Part shown: positions 36,361-49,419 of the stretch, piece after piece
Position numbering within the stretch: the stretch's first letter is position 1
How the letters are laid out: the number at the start of each line of letters is the position of its first letter
From: Lama guanicoe
Lineage: Eukaryota
NCBI GenBank assembly: GCA_013239625.1
Contig: MU053472.1
Span: 1,939,236-2,003,235, forward strand
Direction: 5' to 3'
Length of the DNA: 64,000 nt
Made by a program: the position numbers and the translations under genes
The notes under the pieces: generated by a model
Seen by the model: only the letters and a program-made list of their open reading frames with translations
What the model was told of the DNA's origin: nothing
The model's database searches: none

Positions 36361-37394
36361 CGTGCCTGATTGCCCCGACCAAGACCGCTCTGCAGTCTTG
36401 GCAGTCAAACCAAGTGGTGAAGGGACAGGGAGGGCAGTGTTTGAGCTTTGGGCATCCCGGGATCTGCAGGAGGCAGGGGTGGAGACCTCCTCTTCTCCAG
36501 AGCTCTGTCCCGCCCCTCTCTTCCTCCCCTGCCATCCTCACACTGCAGCCCAGGCCTCTGGCTAGAAAGAACTGGAACCTGCTTTAAAAAAAAAAAAAAG
36601 AGGCCAGTTTCCCTGCTAGGTGGACTCAACCCTTCCTTTAAGATACCATCTGTGGCCAGAAGTTAATGAGGGTTCTCCAGATAAATTCTGCCCTTTAGGG
36701 GGCAGGAGTAGAGATTCCAGAATTAACTGACTTTTCTAAATTGGAACCTCCCTTCTTAGGCTCCAGGATATGCAGAGTCCAATCTCTGTTCTTCGGTGGC
36801 ATGCCAGCAGCAGCATTCTTCTCTCTGCCTTTTCTCTTGTTGGAGCAAAACACCCTCTTTCTTGAAGCCCATCAGGGCGGCACCATCTCCCATCTCCCTC
36901 TCCTGCTGTCATCAGCAGCCCCACTCCACTCTGCTCCCCTCAAATGGCAGACGTGGCCATTTCTAAGTGTCCTGTCTCGTTAACAAGGAATGAGCGGCTT
37001 CATAACATGTTGAACCACAAACAGACGCAAGGTTAGTTCCCACACTGCTGCCCACCTTGCGGCCAGGTAGCAGCCCCGAGCGGGGTTTCTGAGCAGTGCC
37101 GCTGCTCTGAGGACGAGCGCTATTTCCAGCCCGAGCTGCCCACCTGCAACTTTCTGCTAGTGTTAGCAGTTTCGTCTTCCATTATGAGAGTCCAGCTGGA
37201 GTGCCTTTGAAGTTGGTCCCACGACGTTAAATGTTAACTATAATTTCTCTTGGCCCTCGCTGGAGAGCACATTCCTTCTGCTGGTTTGATAATAGCCATG
37301 GTTAGGCTGGCTGTGTTCTAGCTGACCACCTCGGCAGTTGCTTTCTCTCCAGTAGTGACATCGAAAGCTTTGCCCTGTGCATCGCAAAACTTGG

Positions 37395-37515
37395 GTTGGG
37401 ATCTGGCTCTGCCAGGAAACCGTGTGACCTTGAGCAAGTCCTCTCTCGACCTTGATCCTCATGGTCCTGCCCTGTGAAATGACAGGTAAGGGCTACTGGA
37501 TCTCTCAAGCCCTTC
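37395..37515 (+). mobile_element. MIR SINE
   Basis: CTGGCTCTGCCA...GTGTGACCTTGAGCAAGTCCTCT. Confidence 0.7.
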
Positions 37516-39029
37516 CGCCTCTGCGTCTGAGATCCCAAGGTTCAGAGGATGCGCAGCGATTCTCAGCTCCTGCCTCCACCTCTCCTCTGGCCTCCCTCCC
37601 CATAGGTCTTCTCCGTGTGCAAACCCCAGTCGGTAGCCACAATGTGGGCGTACTAGGAATAGGTAGAGAACCCGGGGTCATTCTGACCATTTGAACTTGA
37701 AATCCTCAGAGAGCTTTTTATTTTAATAAAAAGACATAATCTTGGTGATATGACACTCCGGACATCAAAGTCTATCATATTAAGGAAACCTTAGAACTCA
37801 GATCTGCAGTCTGGCCTGATCATTTACAATTCTGCTGGGATTAGTAAGAGGAATAATTATATCTATTTATTTATTCCACTGTCAGAATGTTGACGCTAGG
37901 TTTTCATATTGTCTCCATCACTAAAGATTATAATTAAATAATATGTCAAACGTATTGATCCTTTTCTTATAATTTGCGTGATGTGCTGTTGGAGGCCTTT
38001 TGTTGTTACAGGAGATCACAAGATTAAAATCAAAAGTTTGCCAGGCCAGCTAGGTCTGTTTAAGAGATCTTCTTTTTTTCTTAATGAATCATGGATTTTT
38101 GATGGCTTGTCATTTTGACATCGACTAAAGCACTTTATTTTTCCTCTCTAGCGCAGTACTGTATCTCAGTTAGCCTTTGGTCGGGCTAAATACCTCTAAT
38201 TCCATTAAAATGAAAAGTCGTGTGTATCTTTGAAGGTGGATTTTAAATGTCTTTTCGGGCATGTACTCATCATTTTCAGAAGACAGTCTATTTTTGCAAT
38301 GCATTTATTATAAGAAATTTTCCATAGGAAAAAGTATATCTTTACTGTTTTTCTAGCCTTCAGTTCCATTCTTCTAATACAGAAATAGCAAATAAACCTA
38401 ATTTGTTAGGTAACTAATTTATTTTGGAGAATACGAGAAATGAAACCTGGTCCCGCTAAAGGGACGGGATCTAATAAGATGATAAGCAGGCAAGATGGGA
38501 GATTGAGAGAAAAGAGGCATTTCTGGATTAGGTGATGAGAACAGAGAGGGCAGCAAAAGCGTGTGAAGGACTGTCCATGGGTGCAAGAGGCCAAGGATGG
38601 CGGCTGTTGGAAGAGGAAATGAGAGGCAGATGGGAAAACACAGTGTGTTTTCTGAGCTACACAGACACACCTATATCTCTGATGTTTGCTATCTAGAATC
38701 ACTCTGAAGTGCTTGTTACACTAAAGCTGTCCATTGTTCAAAACCCAAGAGCCTAGATGTTTGCCCAAAGAAGGAAAAGCCAAGAAATTGTCTCCGTTGT
38801 ACATAGATGCTTCTCCGTAGACACCGAGAGAAACAATTAGCAAATGAAATTTCAAAGCCCACATAATATGTTTATGACACCTGCACGGGGAAATTTCAGA
38901 TGTAGTGAACTGAAAAGGGATAAGCTGAGAAAATTAATTGTGCTCCATAAGTGCTATTTATTGATCTCTTCCTATACGCTTGGCCTTCTAGAGTTCTTCA
39001 GAGTTTGTCCCTTGCAGTCTTTACGTTGA

Positions 39030-39140
39030 CAGGATGGTATTTTTCCTGTGTCACAGATGAGGACATTTGGGCGGTGACCTGCCCGTGGTCTCACAGCCAG
39101 TGACCCACATCTTCCAAACCTGGGTTTTCCCTGCTACCGT
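39030..39140 (-). mobile_element. MIR fragment
   Basis: CACAGATGAGGACA...GTGACCTGCCCGTGGTCTCACAGCCAGT. Confidence 0.6.
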
Positions 39141-39249
39141 ACTATTGTCTCTAGATTTTTCCCTTATGTATCTACCTCCTTCAGCGAGCCACTAGAATTT
39201 TATGACATTTTAGGAGATACATAAGATGTCAGATGTAAGATCACTTACA

Positions 39250-39470
39250 GGGAGCGTTTACTGTACGTCGTTCACTTTATAGACGCAATTCTGAATCCTT
39301 CTGGCAACTCTACACAAGTGGGTATCCTCATTTTTCTAATGTAACAAGTGAAGCCCAAAGAGGTTTAAGTAAATTGCCCAGGTGCATGGCTAGATTTTTG
39401 GCAGAGGCAGCACTGGAACTCAGGTCCCTCTGACTGCAAAACTCAGTGTTTTCCTCTGCATCAGGCGTTG
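39250..39470 (-). mobile_element. MIR SINE
   Basis: AAGCCCAAAGAGGTTTAAGTAAATTGCCCAGG...GAACTCAGGTCCCTCTGACTGCAAA. Confidence 0.75.
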
Positions 39471-39759
39471 TCTTCCTAGACAGCTGCACTTCGAGCCAAA
39501 AAGACTTGGGTTCCTCACTTGTCCCTGGGACTCTCAGCCAGGGGACTCTGGTGAAAGAAAGTGTTTGACTAGAAGCTCTTTTTTTCAGCCTAATTCTTTT
39601 TTTCTTAAGTTACAAAATGTTTACCTGCTTTCGTGGCAGGACCCACAGGGTATAATTAGAGTTTTTCTAATATTTGCTTTGGATGTTTCATATGTTTTCT
39701 TAATAGGCAAAGAGGATTTCTTCAATCTGCCTGAAACGTGTAATAAGCTCTTAGGTCAT

Positions 39760-40010
39760 AATAATAATAATATTTCACAGGTGTATAATGCTTTGACATT
39801 TGCAAAGGGCTGTCATATACGTTATCTCGGATGACCCTTAAAGCACACAGTGATAGAGGCAAGGATTATTACTATTACTTCATTTTACAGATTTTTGGGA
39901 AAAAGAGCCTAGAGAATTTAAGATTTTTCCGTATCATACAATTAGTAAATCGTAAAGGAGAGACTAGAATTCATGTCTTCGGAATCCTTAATCTAGTTTT
40001 TTTCTTATGA
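39760..40010 (-). mobile_element. MIR SINE
   Basis: ATAATAATAATATTT...TTACTATTACTTCATTTTACAGAT...CTAGAATTCATGTCTT. Confidence 0.7.
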
Positions 40011-40627
40011 GCTTTACACTCGTAACTAAAAGTGTGGTATCTCCAATTTCCCCTTTTTGCTTATTTGTTTAAAGTAGACGCTCAGTGTCCTTCTAACATC
40101 TAGTGCCCTGGATAGATGTGGCGTGAAATTGAATGGCCACACTTTACTAACCCGAGGAAGGACAGAGCAGTAGCAGGAGGAGAGAGATGCTGGTTGTAAC
40201 CGACTGAGAGGTGGACTCACACCCCTCCTCCCCCGCCCTCGTGTCCCCGTACCTGCCATCCTCTGCCTTCTTGGGCAGCTCATGACCTCCATTTTTGAAG
40301 AGCTTGGTTGTGGTCCTGGGCCAGGAGGAAACACGGGAGCGAAAGCAGTGATGGCGAGTGAAGAGGTGGTGTGAGGCTCTGGCCAGGAAGCCCCTCCTCC
40401 CGTGGGCCATCTGGAGAGCCCCGTGGGCCACGAGGCTCCCTGTGCTTTTGGGGAACCCCGCACCGCTGCCACTTGGGTTGGCATTTGGGCCTTGTCATGA
40501 GGAATTGCTCACACTGGAGCAAGCCCTGGGAAGAACGACCAGCAAACTGTCCTTGCACTGCTCTAGACTATGAGAATCAGCCTGGCCTGGCGTTCCCCGT
40601 TCTGGTCCACGATTTGGTCGGGAGACA

Positions 40628-40830
40628 AGACAGCATAGCGTGAAGAACCCTGGGGGGCTGGATTTTAGGCCTTGCGGCCCCTGCGACCTTGGGCACCTTA
40701 TTTGATGTCTCCAGAATTCTAGCTTTGTTTCTTCATGAGTAAAACATGAATGATAGCCCCAATTTCCACTTATGTCCTCAGGTTGCAATGATAAGGCAAT
40801 GATGAGGTCATGTAAAAAGGCACTTTGCTT
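40628..40830 (+). mobile_element. MIR SINE
   Basis: CAGCATAGCGTG...GACCTTGGGCACCTTATTT...CATGTAAAAAGGCACTTTG. Confidence 0.65.
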
Positions 40831-41783
40831 GTTCCAAAGCCCATTCAAACGCAAGGGACTTCTGAGGGGAGGCGCTAGTCTCTGGAAGGTTGTGTTTTAG
40901 GGGAGCTGCCAAATCGAGCAGTTTATAAGAACAGAAACAATTCTTTCTTCTCATCACTCTTGGTGAGGACCAGGGCTGCCTACCAGGGTTACACCCATCC
41001 CTCCAGGCTTCCGCCATCCCCTTAGAAGTGAGGTTGTAAGTCAGCCACCATTCGTCGGGGACGTTTCTGCAGGCCCGAGGCTCAGCCAAGAACAGGGCCT
41101 CGCTGTGCCTCCCACTCTCCTTCCCCTTTTCCTCCCTCTCTCTGGCCTCCACTTCGTTTCAAACAAGTGGATTGTGTTGGTTAGCTTATTAATGAGGTTT
41201 TTCCAGCCTCTTGTTTTTTTGTCCTTGACCATAAAGAACTCCCAGTTGCTCAAAGCTGAAAATAAAATTTGGCCACAAGTAAGCTGCGAATATAGTCTTA
41301 TTATTGGTGTTGATATTTTTAAGTACTCTCTTTAAAAAAAAATAAGGGGGGCTCTGGGAGAAAGGGAGGATTTGTCATGACATGAATATCTGTTTGAGGA
41401 CTCTGGAGTGAGGACTTTGTATCTTTTCCTGAAAACAAGGCGCCTTCCTTCTTTTCAGGGAGAGTCGTGGCTATTTTGATGCCTTTTGAAAGCACCACAA
41501 TTAATTTGATTGAGCTGCTAAGCGGTTGGTTTGAAAAAAAAACAGAAAAGAAAAAGGATAATGGTCACATGAATTTAGCATCACATGGGGAATTTCACTG
41601 TAACGCAGTGGTCTTTCAGACAGCTGATGACCACGGGCCAGATTGTTCATTTCACAAAAGAGAGTCTTTTAAAGATGAGAAGACTTTTGTCTAGAGCCCA
41701 AACTTCCCCAGGGGGATGGACTCATTATAACCCATTCTGATTATTCTTCCCTCTTAAATCTCACTGGTTAAATATGAGTATAT

Positions 41784-41802
41784 GTGGCGCCCTCTGCTAC
41801 AA
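41784..41802 (-). promoter_or_regulatory. CTCF-like motif
   Basis: Minus strand reads TTGTAGCAGAGGGCGCCAC. Confidence 0.35.
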
Positions 41803-42619
41803 CATGAAAATAAGAAATACAGGGAGAATTTGGCTGAAGGGAGTCCTAGCCTGGGGTCCCAGTCTCCGCCCTCACACTCCCTGGAAGGCCGTGTAGACAC
41901 AGGAGTGCCCCTTAGCTGGCTTGGAATTTCTACGCTGTAAAATGAAGCAATGAAATGAATCCTTCCTACCTTGGAAGACTGGTTTGGAAGAGAAAATGAG
42001 CTGATAATGTAAAGTGCTTTAAGAAACATCTTAGACGTTCTTAAAATTATGCACTTGAGGGTGTGTGGGGAGGTGGATTTGGGGAGGGACCAGTGACCAA
42101 GCTCCCCAGTTCCTTCCTCCATATGGCATCGCAGTCAGCAAGGTGGATCTCTGTTTCCTTAGTAGACCCCACTTCCCTCCGAGGACCCAGAGGCCATTCA
42201 TCACTGCGATGTGGGATCCCCAGGAAGCCGGCGGCCCGTCTGCTGTGCTCCACCGCTTATAAGCGATCCGGCAGAAGCAGGCAGCCCTGATGTTCCCTGG
42301 GCCCCCTGGTCCCCACGCAGGTTTGTTGGCTCTTTGTTTCTCCTCTTTCCCAGGATACCTGTCCCCTTCTCATGTGTGCATTCTTCGTGGGGGAGAATGA
42401 TAACTCGTTGTCAAAGCTCGGGTGGGAGGCAGGGTTCAAGCTGTTCGTGTCTGTGAGGTGTTTGGGGCCCTTCCATCACACTCACCCTCACTTCCAGCTG
42501 GAATGCTCGGCCTTCTCCGGCTCCGGCCTCCTTCCCCCGTGTTCCCCGGGCTCGCCTCTCCATGGGTCTGCTAGAGCACTTAGCACGCGGGGCACTCCGA
42601 GCCTCCCTCTTCCTGTCAG

Positions 42620-42715
42620 AGCACTTTTCTGTATCTCTCTGTCCCCGGTGCCTGACATGGGCTCATCACTCAGCACATATTTCAACGAATAAATGAATGA
42701 ATGAATGAATGAATG
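42620..42715 (+). mobile_element. L2 3' end with (TGAA)n tail
   Basis: GTGCCTGACATGG...CACTCAGCACATATTT...GAATAAATGAATGAATGAATGAATGAATGA. Confidence 0.8.
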
Positions 42716-43004
42716 AGAGATGAAGGGGACCTTGGAGTACTTACAGCCCCCAACTTCCTTCCTTGTACACACTGATGAAGCTGAAGCCCATGGCTCCTAT
42801 GAGAAGTGATCCTGCAGAGAAACCTAGGACTGAGATTAAATATATATTTATAAGAAATGCATATATTTATATGTTGTGTTGTGTATGCTATATGTAACTA
42901 ATCTCAGTTCTGCTATATCCTGACTCTGGTGTATCTGGATAGATCCTGACTCAGAGTTGGCTCTGTGGTGAAAAGCAAACTGAAATAGCCCAGAAAGGAA
43001 GGCA

Positions 43005-43175
43005 GCACCGCGTAGTGAGGCAGGAGCCGGGCTTGGAGTCAGCAGGCTGCAATGGGGTGTGTGACTTTAGCCAAGTCACTTCCTCTCCCTCATCTCAGGT
43101 GCCTAGTTTATAAAATAAGGGTGTGGATTAGATGATCTCTAAGGTCTCTCCATGTTCAAAAATCCAAGAATTTCA
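43005..43175 (+). mobile_element. MIR (MIR3/MIRc-like)
   Basis: GTGTGACTTTAGCCAAGTCACTTCCTCT...TAAAATAAGG...GGATTAGATGATCTCTAAGGTC. Confidence 0.8.
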
Positions 43176-44261
43176 TGAGTTTTTAAAAGAAAAGTTTGAG
43201 CTTCTTGAAGAGAAATGCTTAAAAAAATTTTTTTTAAATAAGTTAGAAAGTTACTGCAAAGGAGGTTTTTCGTTAAAAATTCTTACCTTAAAACTGATTT
43301 CCAGTCTGGTCCCATCAGGAGCACTGGGCCTGTGCTTTAGATGCACCCCTCCCTTCCCCTCCCCTCCCCATCGCCCACTGAGTTACTGGTCAAAGACTAG
43401 GATGGTGTGGCTCTGTCTCCATGGACCGCAGCACAGGCCACAGGCTGTAGCTTAGGTGCGTTTAGGGGGTGGCTGTTTGAGTAGAGATCATGGGAGGAGC
43501 TCTAGCCAAATCAATGGCATCCTGACCTTTTCATGTGTGTGAGGAGTGACTCCCAACCTCCACCGGGTCCCACACCTACTGGGGCAGCCTCGCCCCGGCC
43601 TGCCCTGCCCCGCCCTGAGTAGTCCTCGGGCATCACTGGGGTGGGAAGGCTGACCCTCTGCCCCAGGGCACTGGGCACTGCCCGAGGGTGGCGAGCCTCC
43701 CTGGGAGACCTGTGTGGGCGCTCCCTGCAGGCTTTGCGAAGCAGCAGAACCCTCCACCAATTCATCCTTGGTCAGTGGCAGGCAGATTTCACACTGAATT
43801 CCACCCCATGGGGCTGTGTCTAATTGGACAAATTTGAACAGCAGGCAGCAGAGCCAATGCAGCGAGGAACATTGATATATGGCCCAAGCAAGGGACCAAA
43901 ATCTTAAAGTGATAGGGGTTCTTTTTTCAAAAAAAAAAAAAAATAAATAAAAGACTGGCTGGATTCCAGGAGTAACAGGCCTGCCTGGCAAGAGAGAGAT
44001 GGACCAACTCTTCAAAGCAGGGGCTCGTTCAAGGAGGTGTTTTTGAAAAGAATGTCTCCATTTCTCCTGGTCTCCGTGGCAAGATAAACAGTATAGGGTG
44101 GTCCCTAGGGACGGTCAGCCAGAAACCAGACATGCTGAATGCTTCTCCCACCAAAAAACTCGCAGTATCTGATTAAATCTGGCTGAAATATCCAGCAACG
44201 AAACCTTGACAGAAAAGAATTGCGAAATCATGTGGTTGTACGTTACTGGGCACCCACCACC

Positions 44262-45180
44262 ATTCATTAGTTTAACATCCATCAAACAGCTATTCAGTGC
44301 TGCTGTGTGCAGTATTAAATGCACTGTGCTTGGACACAATGGGGCTTGTGAAGGCTATGGTCTAGGGAGGGGAAAAGACATTAATCAGATAAACTCACAA
44401 ATAAACATGATTACAAGTTGTGCGAAGTATTATGAAGGAAGCATTCCACGTGGTATGAGAGCATCTGAAAGGGCCACTGGGGAGAGTTGTCCTGAGAAGT
44501 CACGTGGAAGCTGAGCTCTAGGGGGTGAGTTAAGTCCGCAGAGGGGGCAGAGGTGCGGGAGGTGGGGGTCACGGTCAAGGTGAAAGGGGGCCTGTGAGGC
44601 TATGGCTCAGTGCCCACGGCGGGAGGGCGCCTGGGTGAGACTGTGGGGGCTTGCTGCCCACGTGAAGGATTTTAGTTTTACCCTAAAGAATGGGAAACAT
44701 ATATTCAACAGAAAGTGATATGATTAAAATCTGAGCTTTGGAAAGATCACGAAAGGAAGGAAGATAGGAAGGAAGGAAGGAAGGGAGGGAGGGAGGGAGG
44801 GAAGGAGGAAGGAAAGAAAGAAAGGTTGACTTGGAAGACAGACTTCTGCAGAAGCCCAGTAGGAGATGACGGAATGGATTAGGCTGGTATCAATAACAAA
44901 CAGAATCGGACAGACGCCAGTGATACTGAGGGGGTACAATCACTAGGACTTGGAGATGGAATCAATATGAATGAGAGAGGAGGAGATGTTAAGGATGGTC
45001 CCCAGTTTTCTGGCTTATTTTATTCTTTTTTCCTTCATTCACTGAGAGTTGCCAATCCAGTGGAGAAGGCAGTTTGGACGCGTTGAGTTTCCATGGAGAT
45101 GTCAAGACGTTGACTCTGCAACTGTGGAGCTGGATCTGAGGGTCTTCAGCACAGAAGAGATATTTGCGCTAGGTGTTTCC
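44262..45180 (-). mobile_element. L2 LINE
   Basis: CATTCATTAG...GGTCTAGGGAGGGGAAAAG...AAGGATTTTAGTTTTACCCTAAAG...TTTGGAAAGATCAC...AAGGATGGTCCCCAGTTTTCTGGCTT. Confidence 0.85.
44751..44825. repeat. (GGAA)n/(GGGA)n purine-rich microsatellite
   Basis: Almost pure purine tract read directly, with a single T. Confidence 0.9.
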
Positions 45181-45544
45181 TGGGAGAAGGATGGGGAGGG
45201 AGGAATGGGAGATGATAGAAAGGAGTAGACACCTTCTTTACCTTGAGGCATCCCCAGATCTATTTGGGGAAGCTATGGGACCAGAGAGTCTAGGAGACAT
45301 TTACAGATTAATATAATAAATGTAACTGTTCGTGATTTTGTATTCGTGTGGTGAGACTGTGTTGAGAGTTAGAGGACAGCCAAGTGCGTAGTGCGTAGAG
45401 ATGAGGGAGTGGAGCTGATGGAAAGTGAGGTGGAGCTGACGGAGGGACTGGGGCAGAGGTGAGGCCAGCAGTTCAGTTCACAGGAGGTTAGCAGTAGGCA
45501 CTGACTTCATTTAGTGCTTGTAGCGCGCGTGTTCAGACCTGGGC

Positions 45545-45990
45545 AGTGGAGTGTAAATTGGGTCACCCTTTTCAGAAGGCTTTTTGGTTCTAACCATTAT
45601 ATATTAATAGTTCATTCTTTTTGATCCAGAAAATTATCTTCTGGGAATTTATCCTATAAAAATATAGGTAAAAATTACTAAGATATAGGGAAAAGCAGTG
45701 TTATAATAGCAAAGAAAAACTAATAACACAGCTGCCCATCAATGGAGGAGTAGGTAACAGTAAATTTTGGGATGTGCGTATCATGCAATAGCATGGAGGT
45801 ATTAAAAAGAACATTTTTTGATTTAAAAAAAAAGCAATTGAAAGGCAATGTAATTATATGGCTAGCGCAAACACAAAACTCAGTCAATAGTAGTTACCTG
45901 GGGAAGTTTAAAAAAAGGGAATTCTTATTCTTATGTGATTTTACATAGTTAATATGTTTTGCAATTAACATCTATTACTTTTCTGATCAG
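45545..45990 (+). mobile_element. L1ME-like 3' fragment
   Basis: TGTAAATTGG...TTTGATCCAG...CTTCTGGGAATTTATCCTA...ATAATAGCAAAG...GCCCATCAATGG. Confidence 0.7.
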
Positions 45991-46239
45991 AAATAACAGT
46001 AAAGACTTTTACAAGGAGAACACGAGTGAGGGGGCAGGGGTAGCTACTGGCTGGGGACAAGCTCTTCTGGATGAGGGTGAGGAGGAGGGGGCGGGGCGTA
46101 CACACTCCTTACTTTCTCCTCCGCCTTGCTCGCCTGCGCCTGCGTGACTCGGCTGCACTTGCCCCTGGATCCTGCAGGACCACGCTCAGATGCCAACTCT
46201 CCCAGGACACTGTTCCTGATGGTCAAATTCAGGCTGTTG

Positions 46240-46395
46240 GTTTCATGAGCGTTTATTGAGAACTTCCTTTTATCAGCCCTGATTGGACACTGGAGATATG
46301 AAAGTGAATAAGATGCAGTCTCTGCCCTGAAAAAGCTGACTGTTGAGGGAGCAGAAATTGCCAAGGAGACAAACACAGTGCAGAATGCAGTCTAG
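46240..46395 (-). mobile_element. L2 3' end
   Basis: TTTATTGAGAACTTCCT...CACTGGAGATATGAAAGTGAATAAGATGCAGTCTCTGCCCT. Confidence 0.8.
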
Positions 46396-46754
46396 GTGCC
46401 CTGAGGTCTCTTCCAAGTTGAAAGGCCTTCAGTTCAGTGAAGAAGGTCCCCCAGACCTCTGGCTTCTTTCCACAGCCTGGGAGGAATGTCCTGGTAGCAG
46501 TATTCATTCCTGAATTGTCCTGGGCCCCCCCAGTGCAAGCCATAGGTCCCTGGGCAGCGGACTGTTCCCCTCCATGGAAAGTTTTGTGGGAGAGGCAGAC
46601 ACATGAGTCTGTGGCCAGTTGGCCGAGTTGATGAGCTGACAGCTTCTCAGACCTCAGCCCCAAGGGGAGTCCCCCAGCCTGCCTGGTCATCCGTCAGCAA
46701 CACATGCTGGTGAGCACACAGGGGACACCCAACTGCACGGGGGACTCTCTGGGA

Positions 46755-46900
46755 GGCACAGTGCAAGACGAGCACTCACTCTGCTGACTGAGTGACCTGG
46801 GACAGATTCCTCTTTCCTCTCTGGGTCTCAGTTTCCTCATTTGCAAAATCAGCAGCTGGTGCTGACTGGTCCCCGCTAGCTTTGATGACCTACAGTCATG
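46755..46900 (+). mobile_element. MIR SINE
   Basis: GAGTGACCTGGGACAG...CTCTCTGGGTCTCAGTTTCCTCATTTGCAAAAT. Confidence 0.75.
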
Positions 46901-48329
46901 ATGAAACCCTTCTGCCAGCTCCCGGGTGGGTCACAGGACGTCACAGTGCCAGGCACGCAGTCGGTTTTCCACATGTGTTTGTGGTGGACAACCTATGACA
47001 GAGGCCGGATGTGGTAGAGTTGAGAGAAGCCTATAAGACTTGGCCCTGCCTTCTGGGAGCTTCCAGCCTTTTCTGAAAGGCAAGAGAAATATCCAGGAAA
47101 CAGGTGCAACCCCTAGAACCCACAGGACAGAGGTGTGGACAAGTGGGGATGGTGGCGGCTGGGGGTAAGAGGTGGGTTCTTTGATCTCCAGAGAAAGTGC
47201 CCCTTTGTAAGGTGTGTGACAGTCCCATTGGCTTGTTTCATTCCTGAGCATCCGATTCTCTGAATCACTTCCTGACAGGGAACGGACACCAGAGCCTCTG
47301 AAATTTCCTTCGGGGGAGGGGGAGGGTTGGGAAGCAGTGAGACACCCCTCTCCCTTTGTTCTAGAATGCCCAGGCTGCCCACCTTGGCAGGAAAAAAAAA
47401 GGCCCAAATAATATAACCTTCTTACATCCCCCTCCTAAGGGAAAATGAAAGGGGAATTCTTGTCAGGAAAACCGTGAACAAAGCACACATTTCAGTGCCA
47501 TTTCTGTCATCTCTGTCCCTTTTGGGCTCGTCACTGTGTACTCAGCACATAGCAAGTGGACAGCATGTGCTTACTGGCCTGAAGTGACCACCCTTCTGAG
47601 CCCTCAGCCTGTCACTGGGGCTGACGAGAGCTCTATCTGTCCGTGACGGAGCCCACGATGGGTTTGGGTGGTGCACTTTTTTTGGTTTTGTACCAAAACC
47701 GGCCTTTTCCATGACCATCCTGTGCTGGTGTGTCTCTTCTGCGTGTCGGGCTAATCTTCTCCATATGTGCGTCTGGTCTGGCATGTGCGTCCCGACCTCC
47801 CGTGAGTGAGCAGGGCGAGGCTGCCTCAGACAGACACGGAGAGTTGCCGCCCAGCCCGCCAGGCCCTGGATCTGGGCCACTGGCTGGCTCTCTGGGAAGG
47901 GCAGCCCCCCTTAGACCTCCTCTCCCTGGAAGGGCTCTATGGAGAGGCACCCCGGGGGCCACTCTCCTGGGCTGAGTGGAGCGTGAGAAGAAGGTGTTCT
48001 TTGAGCAGCTACTGTCTGGTGACCCACCTGGAGCAGAGTCTCATGGGGACAGTGGGCCCAAGGGGTGCCCAGCTGTTAGCCAGGCCATGTGTGGCCCTCA
48101 GGCCAGGAGTCCCCTAGGCCTTGAACTTCCTGCTCTGACTTCCAATGTCCTTTGCTCCCCTGCCTTCACCGTCCTAGAGATCAGCTTCCTTCCCCAGCAG
48201 GATGGAGCCCCTGTGAGAGGCAAATAGATTGATAGGGTTTAGGGCTGCAGATTGAAAGGAGGGGAACGACTTGACAGCAGAAAAAGAAACCTCATGTGAA
48301 GGGGATGTTACAAGTTTACAAAGTTCTTT

Positions 48330-48480
48330 CAAGTTCGCTGCCTTCATTAATCCTGCAGCCACCAGATGAAGCAAGGATTATCTGCCCCCGGTTCAGAGAA
48401 GTCATGCTGCTCGTAAGAGGCAGAGCCAGGACTAGGTCCCAGCCTCCTGATTCCGGGCTCAGTGCTGCTTCTAGAATTCT
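48330..48480 (-). mobile_element. MIR SINE
   Basis: TTAATCCTGCAGCCACC...GGCAGAGCCAGGACTAG...CCTGATTCC. Confidence 0.6.
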
Positions 48481-49107
48481 GCCCTCCCCTAACCTACATG
48501 CTGCAGCCTCGCGGCTCCTGACATCCTTTCGCGTAGACCCCACCAAGCGGCTTTCTCCGGGGCTCTTCTTGTCTCCCTTGGGCCACCTCAGCGTATCTCT
48601 GGACCTTGGTTGGTGTGTGGGTCGGGGGAGAAGGCTGTGTGAGCAGAAAGATGAGGTCCGTGTGAGAAGACCTGGTACAGCTCCTGCCCAGGGCCCCTCC
48701 GGCTCCCTCGGCCACTGCCGCCCTGGTCCTCGTTCTTAGAAAAGCTCCATCTTCAGAGGGGTTTGTGCCTGGTCGCTGGTCTCCACCTGTAACCTTCAGA
48801 GGGTACCAGTTCTCATCGGGCGAGAGTTGTCCATGACCTCAAGCAGACCCTGGTCAAAATGGAGGCATTCTGTGAGCCCAGTGGGCCTCTGCCTCACCAC
48901 CACCAATAGCACACCTTCCTTTCAGCCTGCACTCTGCCGCCCCCGGCCCTCGCCAGTCCCGCCCACACCACCCCATCGCGCCAGCCCGTCCTTCCTCTCC
49001 TAACCCACGAGGCCCTTTTATGCTCAGTAGACTAGCTATTCAGCTTTCTGGTCCTGAACCTTTCTGGTCCTTTGTTTCCCTGACTGAGAGATCAGGTCAG
49101 CTTTCAG

Positions 49108-49300
49108 CCATTCATCAATTCATGCATTCGTTTATATCAATTCAACATATAATTTGATGAGCTCCCCAAGATTCAGATTCTAGGGCCCCAAGCCCTAGAG
49201 AGTCACAGAGGTAATCAGACGCAGGCTCACTGCCCTCCAGATGTTCATAGTCTAGCAAGGGAGACAGATGTGTAAACAGATGATCATGATACAGTAGGAA
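49108..49300 (-). mobile_element. L2 3' end
   Basis: CATTCATCAATTCATGCATTC...TGCCCTCCAGATGTTCATAGTCTAG...GGAGACAGATGTGTAAACAGAT. Confidence 0.75.
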
Positions 49301-49419
49301 CATCAACAAAGTGTTTCCCAGCTCATGTCAGAGCTCTGTCCATTGAAAGCCGCAGAGGGAAGGAGACATGGGGACTGTTCCTTAGGAGTCACGGAAAAGC
49401 GCGCAGGAGATGAGGGTGA

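Noticed and set aside
43488..44015. 175-aa ORF on the minus strand
   Set aside because: Crosses a homopolymer and a GC-rich stop-poor stretch; no homology recognised
40398..49072. Local micro-duplications (CCCGTGGGCCA near 40400, GTGGAGCTGA near 45410, CTTTCTGGTCCT near 49045)
   Set aside because: Two-copy slippage duplications with unrelated units; no repeat-spacer array or shared system
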